Origin: Candidatus Daviesbacteria bacterium
GTDB taxonomy: Bacteria > Patescibacteriota > Microgenomatia > Daviesbacterales > UBA10151
Direction of reading: 5' to 3'
Length of the DNA: 64,000 bases
Assembly (NCBI GenBank): GCA_028715175.1
Contig: JAQUSJ010000001.1
Span: 674,386-738,385 of the forward strand
Shown here: one piece after another, positions 36,060 through 46,206 of the stretch
How the letters are laid out: every line of letters starts with the position of its first letter
How positions within the stretch are numbered: position 1 is the first letter of the stretch
Notes under the pieces: generated by a model
What the model saw: only the letters and a program-made list of their open reading frames with translations
The model's database searches: none
What the model was told of the DNA's origin: nothing
Position numbers and translations under genes: made by a program

Positions 36060-37190
36060 ATGCAGAAGTCAAAAATTAGTTATCCTTCAACAGGAGTCAA
36101 TTATAATATCATGGACCCCTTAAAAAAATTGGCCCAAAAAGCAGGCAAACAAACTGCCCAAAATCTTATCAATTTTGGGATCAAAGAAGTTGAGATGAGC
36201 CGGGGGGAATCAGCCTATGTTTGGGAAGAAGAAAATTCATACAGAGCATTAGTTGTCGAAGGTCTGGGGACTAAAAACCTGGTGGCTGATGAGATGGCAA
36301 AAATCACCGGCAAAACTTATTACAACACTATCGCCCAAGATACCATTGCCATGATTGTCAATGACATCATAACAGTTGGCGCCCTTCCTCAAATCTTAAA
36401 TGCTTATTTTGCCTCGGGTGGACCCGATTGGTTTAAGGATACAAAACGCTCCAGCGCCCTGATAGAAGGTTGGGCCAAAGCTTGTGAAATGGCGGGAGTT
36501 ACATGGGGCGGAGGCGAAACCCCGGCACTTACAGGAATTATCAACCCCCAAACAATTGACCTGGCCGGTGCTTGTATTGGCATTATTAAACCCAAAGAAA
36601 GATTAATGCTGGGAAACAAACTTCAAGATGGTGATGCCATTTTACTGATAGAAAGCAGCGGCATTCATGCAAATGGATTATCGCTGGCAAGGGCTGTTGC
36701 TGACAAACTTCCGGAAAGATATATGACAAAGCTATCTAACGGCACATTATATGGCGACGCCTTACTCGCTCCTACATATATATATGTAAACTTGGTTAAA
36801 GGTCTTTTTGACGGCGGAGTCGATATTCATTATATGGTAAATATCACAGGACACGGCTTTAGAAAATTAATGAGGGCAAACCGGGAATTTAGTTATGTTA
36901 TCAATGAATTACCCGATCCTCAACCAATTTTTAAGTTTTTACAGCAACAATCCGAAAGTAGTGATAAAGATATGTATGGGAATTTTAATATGGGTGTCGG
37001 GTTTGCAATATATTTACCGGCGCAGCAAGTAGAAAAAGCCAAGGAAATAGCGAAACAACATAATTTAAAATCCTGGAATGCTGGAATAATTCAAACCGGT
37101 CCAAAACAAGTTGTAATAAGACAAGCTTCTTGCTCCGCAATAAAACCAAAAAATATTACCTTTCAAGCTGAAACTTTAGATATCCGTTAA
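36060..37190 (+). CDS. purM: phosphoribosylformylglycinamidine cyclo-ligase (AIR synthetase)
   Basis: PurM N- and C-domains, …DTIAMIVNDIITVGALPQILNAYFASGG… The TAA stop is embedded in a Family-A element. Confidence 0.85.
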   Translation: MQKSKISYPSTGVNYNIMDPLKKLAQKAGKQTAQNLINFGIKEVEMSRGESAYVWEEENSYRALVVEGLGTKNLVADEMAKITGKTYYNTIAQDTIAMIVNDIITVGALPQILNAYFASGGPDWFKDTKRSSALIEGWAKACEMAGVTWGGGETPALTGIINPQTIDLAGACIGIIKPKERLMLGNKLQDGDAILLIESSGIHANGLSLARAVADKLPERYMTKLSNGTLYGDALLAPTYIYVNLVKGLFDGGVDIHYMVNITGHGFRKLMRANREFSYVINELPDPQPIFKFLQQQSESSDKDMYGNFNMGVGFAIYLPAQQVEKAKEIAKQHNLKSWNAGIIQTGPKQVVIRQASCSAIKPKNITFQAETLDIR

Positions 37191-37215
37191 TCCTGAGCGT
37201 AGTCGAAGGACTAAT
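37186..37215. repeat. Family-A element copy (GTTAATCCTGAGCGTAGTCGAAGGACTAAT) providing the purM stop codon
   Basis: Read directly. Confidence 0.65.
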
Positions 37216-38191
37216 TTCTTTCTTCTCTATGACTTTTGGGAATTAACTTTTCGGACATCGAATCACCATTATAAATACAAGTTATAGCTTCCGCCAAAAG
37301 TTTGGCAACAGAAATTATCAAAACTTTCGGATTTTCTAACATTTCTTTTCTAATCGGTACTGTATCTGTTATAAAAATTTTATCTAAGGAAACAGCTTTA
37401 ATTTTTTCCGGCGCAGAACCGGAAAAAAGTCCATGCGTGGCAGCAACAGATACGCTTTTTGCCCCTCTTTCTTTAAATAATTTTGCAGCATCGCACAATG
37501 TTCCAGCCGTATCAATCATATCATCAACAATTAATACATCTTTACCTCTAACATCACCAATCATATTCACAATTTTACTCTCATTCCTTTTCATTACATC
37601 TCTCTCTTTAAAAACAATAGCAACACCGTCGGCACCAAGCAGATCCGCATAAAATGTGGCTTTCGGAACTCCGCCCTTATCAGGAGATGCAACCACTAAA
37701 TTTGATGCAAAATGTTTTTTTAACTCCGGAAGAAATGAATAACTGCTGTATAAATTATCCCAGGGAATTTCAACAAATCCGGGTTCCTGTTCCGAATGAA
37801 CATCAACTGTTAAAATTCTGGCTGCCCCCGCATATTCAATAAGTCTTGCGATAATCGATGCAGAAATTGGAACTCGAGGTCTATCTTTTCTATCCTGCCT
37901 TGAATATCCAAAATAAGGAATAATTGCGGAAACCTCAGAAGCTGATGATCTTTTAGCTGCATCTATTATCAAAAAAAGCTCTATAATGTTTGCGTCAACA
38001 GGCGGACAAGTCGGTTGAATTATAAAAACATCACGTTTACGTAAATTTTCTGGTATGGTAATTCTTTTTTCACCATCTGCAAAAACAGTAACAGTTTCAT
38101 CTACGTCTTTTCCTAAAATTTTAGCAATATCTTTCGCGAGAGGTAAATTTGCAGTTCCTGTTAAAAGTACGAAACCATTATCATTTGGCAT
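37211..38191 (-). CDS. prs: ribose-phosphate pyrophosphokinase (PRPP synthetase)
   Basis: …FADGEKRITIPENLRKRDVFIIQPTCPPVDANIIELFLIIDAAKRSSA…PYFGYSRQDRK… and PRPP-binding loop DDMIDTAGTL. Confidence 0.9.
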   Translation of the reverse strand: MPNDNGFVLLTGTANLPLAKDIAKILGKDVDETVTVFADGEKRITIPENLRKRDVFIIQPTCPPVDANIIELFLIIDAAKRSSASEVSAIIPYFGYSRQDRKDRPRVPISASIIARLIEYAGAARILTVDVHSEQEPGFVEIPWDNLYSSYSFLPELKKHFASNLVVASPDKGGVPKATFYADLLGADGVAIVFKERDVMKRNESKIVNMIGDVRGKDVLIVDDMIDTAGTLCDAAKLFKERGAKSVSVAATHGLFSGSAPEKIKAVSLDKIFITDTVPIRKEMLENPKVLIISVAKLLAEAITCIYNGDSMSEKLIPKSHREERN

Positions 38192-38198
38192 AGACTAT

Positions 38199-39179
38199 TT
38201 AAATTATATCACGTAAATTATCCATAATTCTAAGGTTAACATTTTTTGTCATATCCGGAATAAACCTTTTACCAGTTATTTTTTCATAAATCCCCATGTA
38301 AAGCCTGCTCATTTTGGCAATAAAACTTGGGGGCATCTTGGGGATTTTTCCTTTGCCAGTATATCCATGCTCTTTAAACCAAATCCTAAGAGGCTCTTTG
38401 TCATAGCTTTCCGGCTCCAACCCTTTTTTAAATTTTTCATTGTAAGTTTTCTTGACCCAATATCTTGAGGAATCAGGTGTATGAAGTTCATCAACCAGCA
38501 TCAGTTCCCCTTCATTATCAAAACCAAATTCATATTTTGTATCAACTAAAATTATACCGGCCTTATCACAAATCTTTTGTCCTCTTGCAAACAAAGCCAA
38601 GGCTGCAGTTTCCATCTGTTTCCATATCGCCGGTGTCACAATTTTTCTTTGTATGATATCTTTTTCGCTTAATTTTTCATCGTGATGTCCTGATTTGGCT
38701 TTAGTGGTAGGAGTAATTACAGGTTTTGGCAACTTTTGGTTTTTTCTTAAACCTTCTGGAAATTTAATGCCGTAAATTACTCTTTCTCCTTTTTCATAAG
38801 ACCCCCAAATTGATGTATCTGTCACACCGGTGATATAACCTCGAACGACCATTTCAACAGGAATAACCTGGCAATTCTTAACTACCATTACATTTGGATC
38901 CGGCACACAAAGTAAGTGGTTTTGAATAATATCAGAAGTTTTATTAAACCAAAAAGCTGAAAGCTGATTAAGGACTTGCCCTTTAAATGGAATATAACCT
39001 AGGACATGATCAAAAGCAGATTGCCGGTCAGTGGTAATGATCACTCTTTTATCATCTAATTCATAACTGTCCCGGACTTTACCGCTATATTTCTTCCCCA
39101 AATTCGGGATATCAACTGTTTTAAGTACATGAGCGATGTTTTCTATAATTATTCTTTTAGCAACCATATCTTGCGTCAT
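38199..39179 (-). CDS. purC: phosphoribosylaminoimidazole-succinocarboxamide synthase (SAICAR synthetase, long form)
   Basis: …GKVRDSYELDDKRVIITTDRQSAFD… 326 aa. The ATG overlaps the purE stop as ATGA. Confidence 0.9.
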   Translation of the reverse strand: MTQDMVAKRIIIENIAHVLKTVDIPNLGKKYSGKVRDSYELDDKRVIITTDRQSAFDHVLGYIPFKGQVLNQLSAFWFNKTSDIIQNHLLCVPDPNVMVVKNCQVIPVEMVVRGYITGVTDTSIWGSYEKGERVIYGIKFPEGLRKNQKLPKPVITPTTKAKSGHHDEKLSEKDIIQRKIVTPAIWKQMETAALALFARGQKICDKAGIILVDTKYEFGFDNEGELMLVDELHTPDSSRYWVKKTYNEKFKKGLEPESYDKEPLRIWFKEHGYTGKGKIPKMPPSFIAKMSRLYMGIYEKITGKRFIPDMTKNVNLRIMDNLRDII

Positions 39180-39206
39180 TGCGAGGAGTGTAGCGACGTG
39201 GCAATC
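39174..39206. repeat. Family-A element copy (CGTCATTGCGAGGAGTGTAGCGACGTGGCAATC) spanning the purE/purC junction
   Basis: Read directly. Encodes the purE C-terminal …IATSLHSSQ, its TGA stop and the overlapping purC ATG. Confidence 0.75.
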
Positions 39207-39682
39207 TTTTTCGCTTTTTCCTCCACATCCTCTACCAATTTCTTTTTATATGCCGCAATTTTTTCTTCCAAATTTTTATCAGAAGTTGCTAAAATTTGTA
39301 CTGCTAAAAGCCCAGCATTTTTGGCGCCATTAATAGCAACTGTTGCAACAGGCACTCCCGGCGGCATCTGCATAGTTGACAAAAGTGAATCTACCCCGTT
39401 TAATGTTCCACTTTGTATTGGAACCCCAATTACCGGCAAAGGAAACTCTGCTGCTATAACCCCTGCCAAGTGCGCTGCCATTCCTGCGCCGGCAATTATA
39501 ACTTTTACTCCTTCTGTTTTCGCTTTTTCTACCAACTCTTTAGTTCTTTCCGGAGAGCGATGAGCTGAAGAAATTGTCATTTCATACTCCACCCCAAACT
39601 CATCTAAAACTTTGCCGGCATTACACATCACTTCTAAATCAGAATCCGAAGCAGCGATAACGAGCACTTGCACGCTTTTCAT
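39176..39682 (-). CDS. purE: N5-carboxyaminoimidazole ribonucleotide mutase
   Basis: …VLVIAASDSDLEVM…TISSAHRSPERT…VIIAGAGMAAHLAGVIAAEFPLPVIGVPI… is a canonical PurE. Confidence 0.9.
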   Translation of the reverse strand: MKSVQVLVIAASDSDLEVMCNAGKVLDEFGVEYEMTISSAHRSPERTKELVEKAKTEGVKVIIAGAGMAAHLAGVIAAEFPLPVIGVPIQSGTLNGVDSLLSTMQMPPGVPVATVAINGAKNAGLLAVQILATSDKNLEEKIAAYKKKLVEDVEEKAKKIATSLHSSQ

Positions 39683-41088
39683 ATTCTTTTTATTATATCA
39701 ACCAATTCTAAAGACTTTTTTGCGGCATTACCAACATGATTTTTAGCATTCAATATCTCTGTAACTTCTATTGGTTTTAAATATTTTCTTATTTCGGAAT
39801 TTTCCGAAATCAAATCTTCCATCGGATTTGGATTTCCATCCTGGACACTTTCCCAAGCCCTCATGGAAATTTCTCGGAGTATTTCATGGATTTTTTGCCG
39901 ATCTGCACCTTTCTTAACTGCTTCTAAAATAATTCCTTCTGTGGCAGAAAACGGCCAGTAAATATCCAAATTTTTCCTTATTCGTTTATCGTTTATCGTT
40001 AAACTCTCAATAATATTTTTTGCAGAAGTTAACATCTCATCCGTTGCCAAAAACATTTCCGCACTAACTACTCTTCTGTTAGCCGAATCATCTAAGGTCC
40101 GCTCCAACAAAGTCTGGGAGGCATTATCCCAAGATACCCGTGACAGAGCAGCTACCAGTCTTGCGAGTGAACAAATCTGCTCGGATTTTATCGGGTTTTT
40201 CTTAAAAGGCATGGCCGATGAACCAACTTGCAAACTACCAAAAGGCTCCTGCCATTCACCGAATCCGGGTGATTGTATAATCCTTAAATCAAAAGCAAAT
40301 TTATTTAGAGACTGGGCAATAGATGCTAACAAATTCCCAATCCAAACTTCTATTTTTCGCGGAGCGGTTTGGTTGGTAATACTAGCCGCCTTAATTCCTA
40401 AATCCCCCATTACTTCATTTTCTAACTCATTCGCTCTACTTTCATCCAATAACTTTACGAAACTGGCTCCGGTCCCGACTGCCCCTTTTATCCCCTTGCT
40501 CTTTAAATTCTTTTTAACGAATTGTAAAAGTTCTAAATCCATTAACAAATCCTGTGCATAAAAAGCAAACCTGTATCCTAAAGTCGTAGGTTCAGCGGGT
40601 TGCAGATGAGTATATCCCATACAAGGTAGTTCCGCATATTTTTCAATTTTTTCTCCGAATACTTTTAGTAATTTTTGCAAATTATTTTCCATCAAATTCA
40701 AAGCTTCGGAAACTCTGATGGTTTCCGCATTATCCGAAATATCCATACTGGTGGCACCAAGGTGAATTTTTCCTCCGCCGACTTTAGCTTTTTCTGCAAA
40801 TTCTCTAATTGCCGCAACAACATCATGATTAGTATCTTTCTCTATTTCCCAAATCCTTTCAATATCTATATTATTCTGATTGTCTTCCAGATCTTTAAGT
40901 TCTTCTTTTGATACCAAACCCTCTTTTGCCTGGGCCCTTGCCAGAGCAACCCAAATCTTTCTCCAGAGTTTATATTTGTTTTCTTCAGAGAATATCGCCC
41001 TCATCTCCTCTGACCCATATCTCCAAGAGAAAGGGCTTTGGTAGCTATCATAGTTTTGACATTTGACATTTAAGTTTTGAGTTTTCAT
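39679..41088 (-). CDS. purB: adenylosuccinate lyase
   Basis: Fumarate-lyase fold with signature SSAMPFKKNP. 469 aa. Confidence 0.9.
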   Translation of the reverse strand: MKTQNLNVKCQNYDSYQSPFSWRYGSEEMRAIFSEENKYKLWRKIWVALARAQAKEGLVSKEELKDLEDNQNNIDIERIWEIEKDTNHDVVAAIREFAEKAKVGGGKIHLGATSMDISDNAETIRVSEALNLMENNLQKLLKVFGEKIEKYAELPCMGYTHLQPAEPTTLGYRFAFYAQDLLMDLELLQFVKKNLKSKGIKGAVGTGASFVKLLDESRANELENEVMGDLGIKAASITNQTAPRKIEVWIGNLLASIAQSLNKFAFDLRIIQSPGFGEWQEPFGSLQVGSSAMPFKKNPIKSEQICSLARLVAALSRVSWDNASQTLLERTLDDSANRRVVSAEMFLATDEMLTSAKNIIESLTINDKRIRKNLDIYWPFSATEGIILEAVKKGADRQKIHEILREISMRAWESVQDGNPNPMEDLISENSEIRKYLKPIEVTEILNAKNHVGNAAKKSLELVDIIKRI

Positions 41089-42617
41089 CAGTGTCTAAAT
41101 GCTCTCCTTCCTGAGAATATCATAGGGATTCCTGCTTCATTTGCCGCTTCAATTGACGCTTTGTCATTGACAGATCCGCCCTGCTCCAAAATTGCTCCGA
41201 TGCCAAACTTTGCTGCCAACTCTACCGAGTCTTGAAACGGAAAAAAACTATCACTTATCAGCATACCACCTTTGGCAAAATCCTTGGCCTGCTCCAGCGC
41301 AATCCTTGTTGCACCAATCCTGGATGTTTGCCCGGAACCAATGCCCCGCGTCATCGGGATATCCTTATCAATTACCAAAACTGCATTAGATCGCACAGCT
41401 TTAACACATTTAAAACCAAATCTAATCTGTTCGAGCTGTTTTTGAGTTGGTTTTTTCTTGGTCACCACTTTCCAGTATTTAAAACTTTCTTCAACATTAT
41501 CATCAAAATCCTGCAAAAGCACAGATCCTCCAAAATATTTCAGATCCCATTTTTCGCTTCTTGTTTTTGGAATTTCGCCAAAAGTATAAACTCCCATACT
41601 TTTTCTAACCTTTTTTAAAAGTTCCAACGCATCGTCTGTTACAAAAGGAACTGCCACAATATCAATATTTTCTTCCCTCTCGTTTTTGAAAGTAGCTACA
41701 TTTTTGGCTGCTTTTAAATCCATAGGTTTGTTTGTCACTATCACTCCGCCAAAAGCAGAAACCGGATCTGCTTCTATTGCAAAATAAAGTGCTTGATGAA
41801 CATCTTTACCTGTGGCAATTCCGCAAGGGCTTAAATGTTTTATCACGCAAGCCGCCGGCTCTTTAAATTGCCTGACAGCTTCCAGACCCGCATAAATATC
41901 TCCAGTGTTTGTGCCGGAAAGTTCCCTTCCCCAAAGATGTTTTAATTTCGCAATTGGAGAATTTGTTTTTGGCATATTGTATAGGGCACCTTCCTGGTGA
42001 GGATTTTCTCCATAGCGCAATACATTTGTTTTCCTAAGAGGAAGAGTTAATTCTTTAGGAAACTTTTCTTTGGAAAAAAACTTGCCGATTTGGCTGTCGT
42101 AAAATGACAGATGATAAAAAGCTTTTGCAGCCAATTCTTCCCTTAACTGCTTTGTGACTTTATTTTTTTGTAAGTTATCCAACACCAATTCATAATCATC
42201 AGGACTGACCACCACTAAAACATTTGCATTATTTTTAGCAGCTGCCCTAATCATGGTCGGTCCCCCTACATCTATTGTCTCAATACTAGGCCTATCCTCA
42301 AATGGATAAAGGTTGCAAACCACAATATCTATTTGCGGAACAACCAGTTCTTTTGCCTGTTTAGCATGAGCGGGATTTTGCCGGTCAAATAATATACCGG
42401 ACTCAATTTGAAAACTTATGGTTTTCATCCTACCGTCAAATGAATCCCTGGGGTTGCCCGTAATTTCATCAATAAGTGTAACTTTTATTCCGTTTTCTTT
42501 TAATACACTAGATGTACCGCCGGTAGAAATAATTTCATAACCCAAACCAAGAAGTACCTTGGCAAAATCAGCGATTCCTGTTTTATCATAAACACTAAGT
42601 AGCGCATATTTTTTCAT
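41088..42617 (-). CDS. purH: bifunctional AICAR transformylase / IMP cyclohydrolase
   Basis: MGS-like N-terminus MKKYALLSVYDKTGIADFAKVLLGLGYEIISTGGTS… plus the AICARFT domain. 509 aa. Confidence 0.9.
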   Translation of the reverse strand: MKKYALLSVYDKTGIADFAKVLLGLGYEIISTGGTSSVLKENGIKVTLIDEITGNPRDSFDGRMKTISFQIESGILFDRQNPAHAKQAKELVVPQIDIVVCNLYPFEDRPSIETIDVGGPTMIRAAAKNNANVLVVVSPDDYELVLDNLQKNKVTKQLREELAAKAFYHLSFYDSQIGKFFSKEKFPKELTLPLRKTNVLRYGENPHQEGALYNMPKTNSPIAKLKHLWGRELSGTNTGDIYAGLEAVRQFKEPAACVIKHLSPCGIATGKDVHQALYFAIEADPVSAFGGVIVTNKPMDLKAAKNVATFKNEREENIDIVAVPFVTDDALELLKKVRKSMGVYTFGEIPKTRSEKWDLKYFGGSVLLQDFDDNVEESFKYWKVVTKKKPTQKQLEQIRFGFKCVKAVRSNAVLVIDKDIPMTRGIGSGQTSRIGATRIALEQAKDFAKGGMLISDSFFPFQDSVELAAKFGIGAILEQGGSVNDKASIEAANEAGIPMIFSGRRAFRH

Positions 42618-43708
42618 GTTAAAACCTTTTTGAGTTCCCCTTTCTCTAAAGCTTCTTTTATTTCCATTGCTACTCTTTTTCCCATACTTAAATTTTGCCC
42701 GTATAAATACATACCATAAGGTGTAGCAAAGATACCAGGACTGCCGGGCATTCTCGGGGAAACATCAAACACAATTATTTCTTTTTTAGGAGGACCGGCA
42801 GTGATCATGGTTTGCAAACCGAATGGACCTATGACACCAGGTTTATATAATTTTTGGGTAGTTGCTACAAATCTTTCCCCCATATCAAATGCGTCTTCAA
42901 GAAGCGATTCCAAAACAGTTACGGCAATGTGTCCTGCTTCTTCGTATTTTACCTGTAAGCGACCTGCCTTCTCTAACTCCTCTTGTACTATGGCTGGACT
43001 ATGTACAACACCTTCTAGATTAGTTTGCCTTCTTGTGTCTGTTCCTATCAATTCCAATCTATCATTTAATGGGTCATAAAAGAAATTGAAGTTTACCTGT
43101 ACTCCCAAAAGAAATTCTTCAATAACAGCATTTTCTAAATTAGCTTTAGAGATAATACCCTTTTGTAAAAGAAAATCGCTCTTCTTAGTGTAAACTTCAT
43201 ATGAGTCGCATAGGAAGAACGAGCGTTCAAATCCTCTCGTCTTTTCCAAGACTTTAACAATACAAAGTCGGTCTATATCTTTAGGATTTTTAAATTGTTT
43301 GGGATATCTAATATTTGCAGCATCCAGCAAGTCATACTGATTCGGTTTAACTCCTCTTTCTTCGGCTTTCAGTAGAAATCTATTTCCAAACATCGGCACT
43401 TTAAATTTTTTCTCAATGGCATTGTAATCATTTATGTAAACCTCAAAAGACCGATGAGGCACAAATATGCAATTTCTTTTTAACAGCTGCTTTTGAACTT
43501 CCGGTTTTAAAACATCAGCAAATTTGTCTAACTCGATTACTTCATCAATGCAACCGAGCATACCTTGGCTTTTATAATATTTTACATAAGTTTTATCCCG
43601 ACCCTTTTGAACAATAACTAAAGTTTTAAACCCTAAATCCTTTGCACCACGGCATACATCCAAAGCGGAGTGTGAACCTAATACAGCAATGGTGTATTGT
43701 TTATTCAT
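42614..43708 (-). CDS. purP: archaeal-type ATP-grasp FAICAR synthetase paralog (PurP family)
   Basis: MNKQYTIAVLGSHSALDVCRGAKDLGFKTLVI…PHRSFEVY…MFGNR…GPFGLQ… is a PurP-like architecture (my recall of Methanocaldococcus PurP). More divergent than its neighbour. Confidence 0.65.
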   Translation of the reverse strand: MNKQYTIAVLGSHSALDVCRGAKDLGFKTLVIVQKGRDKTYVKYYKSQGMLGCIDEVIELDKFADVLKPEVQKQLLKRNCIFVPHRSFEVYINDYNAIEKKFKVPMFGNRFLLKAEERGVKPNQYDLLDAANIRYPKQFKNPKDIDRLCIVKVLEKTRGFERSFFLCDSYEVYTKKSDFLLQKGIISKANLENAVIEEFLLGVQVNFNFFYDPLNDRLELIGTDTRRQTNLEGVVHSPAIVQEELEKAGRLQVKYEEAGHIAVTVLESLLEDAFDMGERFVATTQKLYKPGVIGPFGLQTMITAGPPKKEIIVFDVSPRMPGSPGIFATPYGMYLYGQNLSMGKRVAMEIKEALEKGELKKVLT

Positions 43709-44720
43709 CCAAAACTTCCTTTAGTCTATTCTGCTCTATAGCATTCTTTATCTCTCTTGCAATACGTCTTCCTGTTGACATTGGCTCTTCATAATTTAAA
43801 TACGTGTATGGGGAACCGTCAATAAAACAATTTGTTCCTGCCACAATTCGGGCAGAAATTTCGATTACATAAATCTCTTCTGTCGAGGTAATGATTGTCT
43901 CCAAACAAAATGGCCCAAAAAGCCCTTTTGCTGGCATCAATTTCTGAGATGTCTCAACCACCCTTTCTGCCATTGAGATTGCCTCGGGAAGTAGTGATTC
44001 TCTAATTGCCATAGGAATATTGGCAACTACTTCAAAAGACGGTTCTATATTTAAACCTCTTTGGTTTTTTGCAGGAATACGGCCTAGCGAGTCAACATTT
44101 GTTTCATATCGTTTGTCCAAACTCATCATCTCCACCTTTTTCGTTAAAGGCGAATAAAAGAAATGAAAATAAACAGGCACTCCGATAACATATTCCTGAA
44201 CCATAAACTTCTGTTCGCTGAAACTAATTAATTTGGTATCAAACTCTTTTTGATTTCTGGCAGTGAAATAACCCTTGCCTCCTGCCGCCCCGTATGATTT
44301 AACGATAACCGGACGGTCTATTTTATCTCCTCTTTTGAAAAGATGAGGAACTTTTATTCTTGCTTTCTCCATCCACTTCCTTTGCATTTTGCGGTTTTCT
44401 TCCCAATCCAAAACTTTCTTATTGCCAAAATATAAAGTCTTCATACTTTTATTATTGTCCATACCTAAATAGGCCACAAATGAGCCATGTGGAATTATGA
44501 TGGCATTTCTTTTTAGAAGTTCTTTTTCTAACTTAAGAAAATCGCTCCATCTATCAATTTCTAAAATCTCATCAATAAAATTACCGTAAGATTTATAAAG
44601 CGGAATTCTGTCTTTAGTGGAAACTACTGCAGTTTTAAAGCCTTCATCTTTTGCCCCTTTGAGGATTTGCAGGGCGGAGTGAGAACCTAAAGTTACAATT
44701 GTATGGTTTATGATTCCCAT
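43701..44720 (-). CDS. purP: 5-formaminoimidazole-4-carboxamide ribonucleotide (FAICAR) synthetase, archaeal-type PurP
   Basis: MGIINHTIVTLGSHSALQILKGAKDEGFKT…IIPHGSFVAY…YFGNKK…YFHFFYSPL…DKRYETN…GRIPAKNQ…NIPMAIRESLLP…GPFCLE… Near-colinear similarity to archaeal PurP over the full length. Confidence 0.8.
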   Translation of the reverse strand: MGIINHTIVTLGSHSALQILKGAKDEGFKTAVVSTKDRIPLYKSYGNFIDEILEIDRWSDFLKLEKELLKRNAIIIPHGSFVAYLGMDNNKSMKTLYFGNKKVLDWEENRKMQRKWMEKARIKVPHLFKRGDKIDRPVIVKSYGAAGGKGYFTARNQKEFDTKLISFSEQKFMVQEYVIGVPVYFHFFYSPLTKKVEMMSLDKRYETNVDSLGRIPAKNQRGLNIEPSFEVVANIPMAIRESLLPEAISMAERVVETSQKLMPAKGLFGPFCLETIITSTEEIYVIEISARIVAGTNCFIDGSPYTYLNYEEPMSTGRRIAREIKNAIEQNRLKEVLDE

Positions 44721-44795
44721 AGCTTATTATAACTAACATGCATTAAAATTACAAATTTTTGTTAGTTACAGTCTTCCGCAGGAAGTATATATTAA

Positions 44796-46205
<1,410 letters not shown>

Positions 46206-46206
46206 T

